Below are positions 1 to 12,420 of a stretch of DNA of 64,000 nucleotides, one piece after another. Numbering within the stretch: position 1 is the stretch's first letter; every line of letters begins with the position of its first letter. Source of the stretch: Octopus sinensis (lineage: Eukaryota); NCBI RefSeq assembly GCF_006345805.1, contig NC_043000.1, positions 118,668,001 through 118,732,000 on the forward strand, in the 5' to 3' direction. A program made the translations under genes and the position numbers. Under the pieces are notes generated by a model. That model saw only the letters and a program-made list of their open reading frames with translations. It searched no databases and was not told the DNA's origin.

Positions 1-577
1 CACTTCTATGGACACATATTTCAATAAAATGTAATTCTGGAGCATCTTTACGATTCTGGTTTCCTTCATTGCGTTTTAGCTTTTCCTTTCCTGTTTTCTC
101 TTTTTTTCCTTCCATTTCCATTTCCTCTCTCGTTTTAGCTTCATTCTCGTTTCTTTATTTTTGTGGGGCAAATAAAATAAAATGTTACTTTAGAAAAATC
201 TCACATTTTTTTCAAAAAAAAAAAAAAACGTATACGGTGATTTTTATTAAATGAATTATTCACTGCTATATATGTTTCCGTCATCACCTGGAACTTATTA
301 TTGATGTGTCTACATGTATCTTTCTTTTATTTGTTACAGTCATTAAGATTGTGGCCATGCTGGGGCACCACGTTGAAGCGTTTTAGTACTTGTTTCTTTA
401 AAACTTTCTACTTGTTCTATCGGTCCCTTTTAGCGAAGAGCTAACTTATTGGAACATAAACAAACCAACACTTGTTTTCAAGCGGTAGGGTGACATAAAT
501 ACGGTCATAAAGTCACACACACACATATGTATACTTGTATGTATATATTTGTGTGTATATATATATATATACATACT

Positions 578-622
<45 letters not shown>

Positions 623-725
623 TATATAACGGAAGCTTTATGAAAATAGACAAAAGACGAAGGCAGGTGGGAAACAAACAAACAATTGTATTAGTATGGC
701 GCTCAGGAAATATAAATAAAACAAG

Positions 726-762
726 TCTTTAACGTTTCGAGCCTACGCTCTTCAACAGAAAG

Positions 763-763
<1 letters not shown>
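726..763 (-). ncRNA. Minimal hammerhead-like motif with an A6-to-U core variant
   Basis: Minus strand TCTTT-CTGTTGA-A-GAGC-GTAG-GCTC-GAA-ACGT-T-AAAGA: perfect 5-bp stem I and 4-bp stem II. Confidence 0.5.
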
Positions 764-825
<62 letters not shown>

Positions 826-1593
826 AATTAAAAATTATATATAAAGAAACAAGAACGTGAAATACACAAAGGGACGAACACAGAAAACAGACGGGTCATT
901 CGAAGCCTTTAATCTTCAGTCAGAAACCGGATCATCATAGCAAATTTCGGCTGATTAATATTTGCTCCAACGCGGCCAGCCCTAAGAAAAAACTAAGCTG
1001 TGAGCATTAGATTTCTTGGAAAAAGGAACGAATGTAAACGCTTCAGGGACGAATATAAATACAAAAAACGAAAACAAAAATAAAAATAAAAATAAAAACA
1101 AGAATGGTTAATAACAGGATAACAGCAGGTGTCTTACGACTTTAGACAAAATGAGACAGATATAACTTATCTAGCAGGCGTGTTTGGAAAAAATTGCCTT
1201 TTCCGGCAGAGAGAGAACGATGTTGAGCGGGCTGCGGTCACCAACGACATGACTTGTTAAGCAGCAGGTCACAAAAGGGTAGAGAGAGAGAAAGAGAGAC
1301 AGAGAGAGAAGGAATTAAAGAGGGTGGAAGACAGAGGGCGCCGAGGATTGACCAGGTCACCTGAGAATAACAGAGAGAAAGAGAGAAAGAAGGAATTAAA
1401 GAGGATGGAAGGAAGAGGGGGGAAGAGACAGAGAGCGCCAAAATAGCTTAGCAAAGAAGCAATGGCACATAGCGAAGGCGAGAAGGAGAAAGACAGAAGT
1501 GAGGTATAGAGAAAGTATTTAGAAGTCGTACAAATGGATAAAATGTAAACATACATAAGGGAACGAGGTGTACGTACGCCGCAATAATATAGG

Positions 1594-1629
<36 letters not shown>

Positions 1630-2531
1630 CAGGCTTCTTTCAGTTTCTGTCGAACAAATCCACTCAAAAGGCTTTGATCAGCTCTTGGCTATAGTAGAAA
1701 ACTAGAAAACACTAATCCAAAGTGCCATACAGTGGGATTGAACCCGAGACCATGAGGTTGGGAAGCAAACTTCTTACTACACAGCCACGTATATATGTTA
1801 GTTCAATGTGGTGTCTTATTTCAGGTATGGCTTTCCATGTTCCTTATTTCATTCCTTTTCTTAATATTTATGATTGCGAATTTTTGTCTGGGCGTCCCAG
1901 ATTTTGAGTTGTAGAGGCGCAAACGTGACATACATCTCACCTTGGACATTTAACCCTGGTGAAACCCTTCCCCATCTAGGTCTGACCACAACTGAGAGAA
2001 AGAAAGAAAGAGACAGACAGACAGAACAAAAATAGACAGAAGAGACAACAATCAAAAACGGCACATTTTTGGTATGGTGCTTTATTCACTAACTCCCCAA
2101 AGGGGTGGAAAGTAAATTCGACGTCAGTAGAACTTGAGATCAGAGAGAAGAGGGCCGGAACAAATACCCGACACTCGAATGGTTCTGCCAGCTTATCGCC
2201 GAATTTTCGATTAGTATACGCAGTAGTGCGACGAACAAAGTGTATTTCATTGTATCAATGTTAAAAATTATTTTACATTTTATACATTACGACAGTAGAA
2301 AACTGAGTTAAATACCTTGATGTATTTATTCACATCCTTCCATGATCTGAAATCAAGTCCCATCAAAATTGATTCTATCTAACGTTCTTCTCTCTCCCTT
2401 CTCCTTTTCTCTGTCTGTCTGCCTCTTTCTTTCTCTATCTCTGGAAGATCGATTTTTATCTAACATTCTTCTAAGGTAGAAACAATGGTTTCAAATTTTA
2501 GAACAAAACATACACACTCACACACACACAC

Positions 2532-2573
<42 letters not shown>

Positions 2574-2974
2574 GCGACGGGCCTCTTTCAGTGTAGGTAT
2601 TTTCGCTCAACAAATGCTTACAACGCCCGGTCTGGGAATCGAAACCACGATCGTACGACCGCGAGTCCGCTGCTCTAACCACTGGGTCATTGCGCCTCCA
2701 CATACACATACATAAATACATGCATACGTACATACGTGTAACATGCGCAGAAAACTGGCCAAGTTCTACCAGAAAATAATGTAAACAAACCGCTGCCGCC
2801 ATCCCTAAATTCTTGTGTCTCTCCAAATATAGCTGAGTCAACAGACTCGACTGTAGAATATATTTGGCTTTCGTAGCACCTTGAAATCCCAGTTCGTAGA
2901 AAATCTTTTTACTCTTTCGAAACAATCGCTTTGCGGCAAACCTTTCTCAATAAGATTAAGGCAAAAGCCAACTG

Positions 2975-3205
2975 CGCTGATGTTACTCTTTTACTCTTTT
3001 ACTTGTTTCAGTCATGTGGCTGTTGTCATGCTGGAGCACCGCCTTTCGTCGAGCAAATCGCCCCCAGGACTTATTCTTTGTAAGACTAATATTTATTCTA
3101 TCGGTCTCTTTTGCCCAACCGCTGAGTTACGGGACGTAAACACACCAGCATCGTTGTCAAGCGATGTTGGAGGGGGGACAAACACAGACACACAAACTTA
3201 TACAT

Positions 3206-3254
<49 letters not shown>

Positions 3255-3595
3255 CGTATATGTATATATAAGTGTTTTCTACTATAGCCTCGGGCCGACC
3301 AAAGCCTTGTGAGTAGATTTGGTAGACGGAAACTGAAAGAAGCCCGTCGTATATATGTATATATATATGTATGTGTGTGTATATGTTTGTGTGTGTGCGT
3401 TTGTCCTCCCAACATCGCTTGACAACCGATGCTGGTGTGTTTACGTCCCCGTTACTTAGCGGTTCGACATAGGAGACCGATAGAATAAGTACTAGGCTTA
3501 CAAAGAATAAGTCCTGGGGTCGATTTTCTCGACTAGAGGCGGTGCTCAGCATGGCCGCAGTCAAACGACTGAAACAAGTAAAAGAGTAAGAAAGT
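2975..3595. mobile_element. Two opposed partial family A SINEs around a (CA)/(TA) tract
   Basis: Minus-strand tail half (2975-3185) and plus-strand body and tail (3275-3595). Confidence 0.8.
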
Positions 3596-4928
3596 AACCA
3601 AAACATACAGTGAACCCCTTGGAACCCCAAGAAACAAACAAAAATGTGGATTTTGTCATATTTCTGTTGAAGCCATCACACGTGGGATTAGCAGCTGAAC
3701 AAAATTGTCATGAAGGTACGACCTCTGTATGCGATACAACGCTGTCTTTAAAACAATATACAATGTCATTCGCAAAAAAAAAAACCTCTCCTGGAGTAAA
3801 TATGTGTTCGTGCGTGTGAAAGCGCGAGACCTAGTAATAGTGTTGCACTCACGATCGCAAGAACATGGTTTCGATTCCCAGACCGTTCTTGAGCTAAATA
3901 CTTCATTTCACGTTTCACCAGTCCACTCAGTTACAGATGAGTAACCTTGTGGCAAACTTACGTTTCTTTCAGATGAGGTAGAATGTTGGCCTGCTTGTCA
4001 GGTCAGCGAGGTGGCATCATTTAAAAGTTGAAACAATGCAAGGAGGCGCATTGTGGCTAGCGGAGTATAACATCCACCGGTTTAGTTGATACAGTGATAC
4101 ATTAACTAGAAGCGTACTAAGCTGTGTTGAATGAAATATAGTTACGTACAATCATATTTAACATGTTCGTACACTCGGGGGTGGAAAAATAATACACTGC
4201 ACAAAGAGACATTATGGATTTGAACATACCGAGGGGCCATGTGTGATACCACCAAACCGTAGCATGCATGCGTTCCTACGTTGTTACGCTTCATCAGCTA
4301 CATATACCAAGCCGCTGTTCATGGCCACTAAGAGCTGGCGGCTCTTAAGAGAATGTCTGCTCTCAAGACAATTTGTGCAGCGCATTGCTTTCCATATCCG
4401 AGTGCACACTAACATCTAAAATAAGATTGTATAAAACTTTTTTTTTTCATTCACAACTAGTTTGTGCGCTTCTGATTAATTTATTCAAGCTTGACAATGT
4501 TTCTCGTACATTAGCAAATGTACTATTTTCCAATTTAAAATAATTGCGACCCGCTCTTAGTGACCACACCATAGACTTACCTTGGTTTCACTTTCGAATT
4601 TGACACCCTGTGAGCTACAAATTTAAACGCAAATTTTTCCTTCGACTCCCACACTTCCACTTAGTTCATTAAACTCTTTCTTATCCTTTTATCCTTCAAT
4701 TTCTCTCTCTTTCTCTTCATCTTTTCCCTTCACCTCACACTCGAGTTCTCCAGCTTCTCCTCCTCATTGTATTCCTCTCTTACACTGTTTCTCTCCCGTA
4801 CAACTTCCTGTTCACCTATGAAGCTCCCATGCTCCTGCATTCTTTATCAGTTACAGGCATATTCCTTATTTTAATTTAGAGGATGTAAAAGTCTGCCGTC
4901 CCTCATAAATTCCTTTCCTTTCCTCTTT

Positions 4929-4961
4929 TCCCTGAAGAAGGACTTTGTCCGAAACGTTGGA
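4929..4961 (+). ncRNA. Minimal hammerhead-like motif
   Basis: TCC-CTGAAGA-A-GGAC-TTT-GTCC-GAA-ACGT-T-GGA: intact core, 4-bp stem II, only a 3-bp stem I. Confidence 0.5.
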
Positions 4962-5782
4962 TTTTCCACTCGCCACAGCAAGTTAACTGTACTCTTTTTA
5001 TTGATTTTATTTAATAACTTCTTTGATTACTTATGAGGAAGCAAAAGCTTCCAATAATCTCGTATTTATCTTTTGGTATCTAAGACGAAACAACATAGGA
5101 AGCTCGAAATGCATATATTAGTCCACAGGGGGCGCTGCGAAATGGCTTTGGTGTTTCCCACCTTTTGCCTAATGCAAGAATTTTCCTTTATTGTAAACCG
5201 ATGTGAAAATGACCCCTTTACTGGTAAAATATATCCCAAACATATATAAACTGATCGAAAAGTTTGTTTATTTCACAGCGATGCATTTGTGTATAAATCA
5301 TGTGTGGATATCTGTGAATGGTGTGTGTGTGTGGTGTGTGTGTGTGTGTGTATTTATGCATGCATGTTTATTCGTTTGCGTGACTATATTTCTATAAGAG
5401 CCTATTAACGAGAGCGTATCTGACTGAAATAGAGAGAAACTGATATAAAAAGAATATGTTCGTGTGTGTGCGTGTATTATATGCGTGTTTTATCGAGCGA
5501 TGAAGCAAATTTAATTACAATAAACTAAGCGCAATAAATAACATATATAAGAATTCAAGAGAAGCAATACGTGATATAAGCCTTATAAGTAAAGTGAATT
5601 TTTTTATCAAAATAAGAACAGTTCATTTGTACATGGCGAGAAACTTGTAAATTTATTCATACATCTAATTTTATTAGTGATGGCAAAATTTCTTCCGACA
5701 ATTGCATTAGCTATACTGGTGCCTTGTATCAAGAAACAGCACACTATCATTTCATCTTTTTATCAATGTTTAAGCTGTTGTG

Positions 5783-6408
5783 TGGCGGTGAGCTGACAGA
5801 GACGTTAGCACGCCGGGTGAAATGCTTAGCAGTTTCTTTGTCTGTCTTTACGTTTTGAGTTCAAATTCCGCCTAGGTTGACTTTGCCTTTCATCCTTTCG
5901 GGGTCGATAAATTAAGTATCAGTTGCGTACTGGGGTTGATCTATTCGACTGGTTCCCTCCCCCAAAATTTCGGGCCTTGTGCCTTGTGTAGAAAGAAATA
6001 TTTGTGCTGTTGCAAGGTGGCGAGCTGGCTGAAACGTTAGCACGCTGGGCGAAATGCTTAGCGGTATTTCGTCTGCCGCTACGTTCTGAGTTCAAATTCC
6101 GCCGCGGTCGACTTTGCCTTTTATCCTTTCGGGGTCGATAAATTAAATACCAGTTACTGGGGTCGATATAATCGACTTAATCTGCTTGTCTGTCCTTGTT
6201 TATCACCTCTATGTTTAGCCCCTTGTGGGTAGTAAAGAAATAGGTATTTCGTGTGTTTTTACGTTCTGAGTTCAAATTCCGCCGAGGTTGACTTTGCCTT
6301 TCATTCTTTCGGGGTCGATAAATTAAGTATCAATTGCGTACTGAGGTCAATCTCATCAACTGGTCTCCTCCCCAAATATTTCGGGCTTGTGCTTAAAGTA
6401 GAAAAGAA
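5783..6408 (+). mobile_element. SINE family B cluster (monomer 5783-5996 plus dimer 6015-6408)
   Basis: Family B head, core and both tail types; aagaaatag|gtattt junction near 6244. Confidence 0.85.
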
Positions 6409-6584
6409 TATTTATGATATTGCGTTACCGAACATTATGTATTGGGATTTTCTTGTGACACACACTTAAGAATCCAAGTCAAAATTCATTGCCTAGTTGC
6501 TTGTTTGTTTGTGTGTGTGTGTGTGTATGTGTGAGTGTGTGTATGTCTTTGTGAGTGCCTGTGTGTGTACGTCTTTGCGTCTGC

Positions 6585-6690
6585 GTTTGTAACCCACTAC
6601 CTTGGCAACCGGTATTGGTGTATTTACATCCACGTAACAGAGGTTCGGTAAAAGAGACTAACAGAAACCAGGGGGGACAAACACCGACAC

Positions 6691-6733
<43 letters not shown>

Positions 6734-6748
6734 ATATATAGATATATT

Positions 6749-6784
<36 letters not shown>

Positions 6785-6948
6785 CGACGGGCTTCTTTCA
6801 GTTTCCACAGACAAAATCCACTCACAAGGCTTTAGTCAGCCCGAGGCTATAGTAGAAGACACTTGCCCAAGCTGCCACGCAGTGGGACTGAATCCGGAAC
6901 AATGTGGTTGGTAAGCAAGCTACTTACCACACAGCCGCTCCTGCGCCT
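6585..6948 (-). mobile_element. SINE family A with expanded internal (TA)n/(GATA)n
   Basis: Head at 6900-6948; cgacgggcttctttcag at ~6785. Confidence 0.85.
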
Positions 6949-7611
6949 ATAAGCATAAATTTGATGTCAAAAAAGAGAACTATAGCTAACTGTGTCACCC
7001 TGTGACCGATCGTCTACCAGTTTTTCGCTCTAGGTTCTAGATTACTTTTTCTGTAACTCTATTTAACTACTTTTTATCTAGTTTGACGGTCACGGAGAAT
7101 GGAAGAGTCTTTGATATTTCGAGCCTACGCTCATCTACAAAAAGGAATGAGGAGAGAAACCAAATGGAGAGGCGGAAAAGACGGAGATAGAAAAAAAAAG
7201 TATCTGGAGTAACAGTTAAACATGTTACACGTATCTTTTGTAGAAGAACCTATGCTTGAAACGTCAAAGACTTTCCTATTTTTTTCTTGAGCGTGAAACT
7301 AATACACCTTGTCTGTTGTTCCCTCACGCGTCTCTGTTTTTTGTTGATTTATATTTTTTGCACCATTTTGAACCATAAATAATATACGCACACATGACCA
7401 CCCCACTTATATTGTCTGACTGAACTTTCTCTTCCTTTGGACCCTTACATCCTATCCTACCTTCTTCCGGATTGCCATTGAAACTCTATGCTCGTCAGAC
7501 TCTACTATCATAGATCTTACTGTACACTGTCGTTACTTTTTTTTTAATTAATTACTCGTAGTCAAAAATATTCCACATATATTTGAACTGATCTGAAAGA
7601 CTATTCTTATT

Positions 7612-7840
7612 TCTTTATTGCCCACGAAGGGTTAAACACAGAGGGGACAAACAAGTACAGACAAAGCGATTAAGTCGATTACATCGACCCAAGTGCGTAA
7701 CTGGTACTTGATTTATCGACCTCGAAAGGATGAAAGGCAAAGTCGACCTCGGCGGAATTTGAACTCAGAACATAACGGCAGACGAAATACCGCTAAGCAT
7801 TTCGCCCGGCTTGGTAACGTTTCTGCCGGCTCGACGCCTT
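7612..7840 (-). mobile_element. SINE family B monomer
   Basis: Head, core and polypyrimidine-type tail. Confidence 0.85.
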
Positions 7841-8199
7841 TCTGAAAGACTGTTCATTACACAACACCACATCGCGTATCAACCATCTATTTCGTCCCAA
7901 CCTGGCAGAACAAAACCCTTCTCTCATTGGCCAATAATTTCTACTGACTTTTTATAAGGACGTGAAACCTGCCAGTCACTTCAAAATTGTCCTACTTGGT
8001 ACGTATTACTGATGAGAGAATAAGAATGCAATATTTTATTTCATAGGATGGGGATCTTTGAAATGGGTTTGATGTTTTACACATTTTGCCTAAAGCGAGA
8101 ACTTTTCTTCATGGCAAACGGCGGTGAAAATGGCCTTTTTATAGGCCGCATATGCCACAAACATATATAAACTGATCAAAAAGGTTTTATTTACGTGTA

Positions 8200-8480
<281 letters not shown>

Positions 8481-9071
8481 CATATATGTATACACGCACA
8501 CTTGTGTGTGAGTCTTTTGTGTGTGTTTATGTGTGTGCATAAATAGATAGATAAATTGCTAAATAGATAGATAGATTGCTAAATAGATACATACATATAT
8601 ATATACACGTACATATATATATACGTACATATGTTTGTGTGTGTGTGTGTGCGACAACATGTATTCCAAATGTGCATTTAACTGTGTGCACGTACTCAGC
8701 CGAGGAACCTCAAATGAAGAATCATTGCAATGTTTTACACATTTTCAATGTAACACGAATTGATTTGGAGGGTGCAAATCAGCTTTGTTCTTCCTTGGAG
8801 AACGTTAGCATATCCAAGCCTAGCCCAGTGCATCAATGATAATAGCCTGAAAGTTGTGAATGTTGCCGCTTGTCATAATGAATCGATGTTATTCATACTT
8901 TTCCCTTGGCATTTTTGTTAGTGCCCTTATTCTCTGTAGCATTCGTGGTCTCCGCCTCACTGTTGTGATGCAATTCAGAACCACTGACTTTATCAAAGCC
9001 AACGCCCAAACACTGACTGGAAGATTTTCAAAGGCATTTTTGTCACTTTGTCAAATAAAACTTTCAAAGTA

Positions 9072-9287
9072 CTAAGGGTTGCTGGAAAGTTCCTGTCGTT
9101 GCGTAGAAGAAAATGTATGAGCATCAGTTCATTATGATTTTACTCAAGATATTTCCTTTTTCAGATTCACACACTTATTGCAGTGGTCCTTCAGTTCTTC
9201 TAAGCCGTGTAAAAAACTTGGAATGTTGCGCCTCCAACCAGGCCTTTCGCGACACCTTTAAAGCCAGGAACTTTTCAGCACCCCTCA
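9072..9287. mobile_element. Mariner-derived MITE (~215 bp)
   Basis: Imperfect TIRs agggttgctggaaagttcctg and ccaggaacttttcagcacccct with TA flanks. Confidence 0.7.
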
Positions 9288-9323
9288 TATGTATATATAT
9301 GCATATATAATGTGTGTGTGTGT

Positions 9324-9359
<36 letters not shown>

Positions 9360-9770
9360 CACAGGAGTGGCTGTGTGGTAAGTAGCTTGTTTGCCAACCA
9401 CATGGTTCCGGGTTCAGTCCCACTGCGTGGCACCATGGGCAAGTGTCTTCTACTATAGCCTCGGGCCGACCAAAGCCTTGTGAGTGGATTTGGTAGACGG
9501 AAACTGAAAGAAGCCCGTCGTATATATGTATATATATATATAAGCGTGTATGTGTATGTGTGTCTGTGTTTGTCCCCCTAGCATTGCTTGACAACCGATG
9601 CTGGTGTGTTTATGTCCCCGTTACTTAGCGGTCCGGCAAAAGAGACCGATAGAATAAGTACTGGGCTTACAAAAAGAATAAGTCCCGGGGTCGAGTTGCT
9701 CGATTAAAGGCGGTGCTCCAGCATGGCCACAGTCAAATGACTGAAACAAGTAAAAGAGTAAAAAGAGATA
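9360..9770 (+). mobile_element. tRNA-derived SINE family A (internal microsatellite type), full length
   Basis: Head ggagtggctgtgtggtaag...ggttcagtccc, ccttgggcaagtgtctt box, gaagcccgtcg + (TA)n(TG)n, tail ...gcatggccacagtcaaatgactgaaacaagtaaaagag. Confidence 0.9.
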
Positions 9771-9949
9771 CATAACAAGTGACCTGATCTGAGATCATGT
9801 GCTAGAACGAAAACAATTGCAGCGTGGAAGGTGTTTATAAGCCATTTAAGAAACACACAAAAATCGTTAGATTCACTTCAATATTTAAATTTAATTTGTC
9901 AAAATATTTTCATCGCTTTCAGGCCGCGACCTGATCACTGACAAAATTC

Positions 9950-10146
9950 CGTGCTGCATCAAGGATAATACAGCATGGTGGGCATGGCTTGAGCGAGGTG
10001 ATTTGAAGCGTTCCACCGAAAGCCTGATCATTGCTGCACAAGACCAGGCTCTCGCTACCAGTTCAGTGAAGAATAACATCTATAAAATTTCTGACACCCA
10101 GAAATGCAAATTCTGTGGAACGAGTGTGGAAAATCTGACCCACTTG
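9950..10146 (+). mobile_element. R4/Dong-like non-LTR retrotransposon fragment (region leading into the CCHC zinc knuckle)
   Basis: WLERGDLKRSTESLIIAAQDQAL...KCKFCGTSVENLTHL, truncated at a triplet microsatellite. Confidence 0.75.
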
Positions 10147-10200
10147 ATGATGTTGATGATGATGATGATAATGATAATGATAATGATAATGATGATAATG

Positions 10201-10231
<31 letters not shown>

Positions 10232-10236
10232 CAACG

Positions 10237-10284
<48 letters not shown>

Positions 10285-10287
<3 letters not shown>

Positions 10288-11520
10288 GAAATGAATATTG
10301 AGAAGGAGTACATCAGAAGGGTGAGGAAGCTAATGAAGTCAAAGCTAAATGGTTCGAATCTGGTGAAGGCTGTAAATATTTGGGCAGAATCATTACTTAG
10401 ATACTCAGCAGCTTTTGAACAAAAACTTATTGAACAAAAACTCAGTTACCAAGGTTAGACAGACGAACTATGAAGGAATTCAATATGAATGAAGGACTCC
10501 ACCCAAGATCAGAAGTAGCTGGACTATACTTACCTAGAAAGGAAGGCGGGAGAGGGTTAATATCCGTAGAAGACTGCGTGGAGTGAGCTAGAGCAGATAT
10601 AGACTCTTATGTAGATAATAGGGAAGAAAGTTTATTAAAAGCTACTACAGTCACATTGGGAAACCAAAAACTCAAATAAACTTAAAAACCAGAAAAAGGA
10701 AAAGGAATTATTTGACTGGCAGGAGAAGGCGTTGCATAGTAGATTCTCGAAGATAGCTGCAGCAAATAGTAGTAGTGAGGCATGGCTATTGTTGTACAAA
10801 GGAAAGCTGAAAAGGTAGACAGAAAGTTTGTTAGCTGCATAAGATCAAGCATTAAGAACTAAGAAAGTTAGTAGCTGCATAAGATCAAGCATTTAGAACT
10901 AATTGGATAAAAGCCAAGATAGACAAAAACCGAGTAGTAAGTGAATGTAGTATGTTGTCACAGAAAGAATACAAGAAAAGACATGACAACCTAATTTGAG
11001 CAATCCACTGGGAGCTATGCAGAAAGCTAGGATTTGAACAGACTGATAAACAGTATGAACATGGACCTAGGAAAGTACTAGAAAGTAAGAAATACAAAAT
11101 GTGGGACTTTAACATTCAGACTGACAGAGTAAAAGAAACCAGAAGGCTTGATTTGGTAGTAGTAGATAAAAAGAATAGAAAGTGCTAGATAATTGACTTT
11201 ACAATCCCAAATGATGAAAAAATCAGTATGAGAGATATAGAAAAAATTCGAAGTACCATGACCTAGCCATTGAATTACAGAGACTATGGAAAGCGTGGGT
11301 AAAATATATCCCAGTAGTTATAGGTGCACTAGAAACTATTCCTAGAGATCTGAACAGATGGATAGAGGAAGTAGGGATGAAACCCAGCTTATGCCAATTT
11401 CAGAAAAAACAGAAAAGAGTATTATTAGGAACAGCTATGATACTTATGAGGGTTCATGGCACATAAGGTTAGTTATTTTAGCCCGATGTTAGAATTTTTT
11501 TTCCTTTCCAACAGTCTAAT
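10285..11520 (+). mobile_element. R4/Dong-like non-LTR retrotransposon 3' part (RT thumb, REL endonuclease), decayed
   Basis: KEYIRRVRKLMKSKLNGSNLVKAVNIW, then frameshifted HPRS...LYLPRKEGGRGLISVEDC, RHDNL..IHWELCRKLG and WDFNIQTD...RRLDLVVVDK, which is the PD..D REL motif region. Confidence 0.85.
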
Positions 11521-11607
11521 CTGATGTATGTATATGAAAAGAAGAAGAAGAAGAAGAAGAAGAAGAAGAAGAAGAAGAAGAAGAAGAAGAAGAAGAAGAA
11601 GAAGAAG

Positions 11608-11640
<33 letters not shown>

Positions 11641-12099
11641 AACAACAACAACGAAAATAATGACAAAAACGAAATTTTACTGCCGCACAAAGCACAGTTT
11701 CTCCCATGCTCGATGTTTCAGTGAAACATGTGCGAGAAACACATCGGAAAGTTTACAAATTATAAAATATAAGAGGAACAAAACTTAGTAAGTACGTAAA
11801 TTGATTAATTACGCATACACTCGAATGTCTACATAATCATGTATACAATTTAATATCCATAGGACTACACATACATCCCAATGTTTACACAGCTACGTGA
11901 AATTTACAGGACACACATACACGTATATGAAAGCATGTGTCACAAACGAAGCAAAAGCAATAACAATCACTTTTTTTTTTTCGAACTACCACAGGCATAG
12001 TGAATAATTCATAAGTTTAAAAACACCACAAAACTCTATGCCCGGAGATAAATCTGTCAACAACAACAAAAAAATACAGACGAATACAGATCTATTAGC

Positions 12100-12420
12100 C
12101 TTAAGAAGCTACGTTACTAGCAATGGTTTCCTTCAGAGAACTCAGAGGCGGTGTTGTATCAAAAAATTAACCCTACTCAGACACGTCCAAGCTCGTCGTG
12201 CCTCAATGATAACAAAGCGAAATACAAACCGAATCTGCCCTCACCATTATCAACAAGGGCCGTGCACCTCAATGAGGAACCCGCAGACTGGGTACGAAAA
12301 ACCAGCTACTGGTTCAAAAATGTTTACAGGAAGATAGGGAAAATATCAGTTATAGTAAGGTCTGCTCCATCAAAAGAAGAAGTGCAGGAATTTTGGAATA
12401 AAATTTGGACAGAAGAAAAA
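12100..12420 (+). mobile_element. R4/Dong-like LINE fragment upstream of RT
   Basis: APSKEEVQEFWNKIW matches the P..EE...FW..IW motif that precedes the RT domain in this clade. Confidence 0.55.

Noticed and set aside
4258-4302. Minus-strand GTAG-CTGATGA-A-GCGT..ACGT-AGGAAC-GCATGC-ATG-CTAC
   Set aside because: Suggestive of an old hammerhead, but the GAAA and the cleavage triplet are both altered.
5126-5142. CTCF-like ccacagggggcgct
   Set aside because: One base short of the consensus spacing; a single imperfect match is expected by chance.
7990-8075. CTGATGA...atctttGAAA hammerhead-like spacing
   Set aside because: Stems II and III pair poorly; at best a heavily decayed relic.
8880-9030. 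Possible minus-strand terminal exon (CLGVGFDKVSGSELHHNSEAETT...KV-stop)
   Set aside because: Weak acceptor and no supporting upstream exon.
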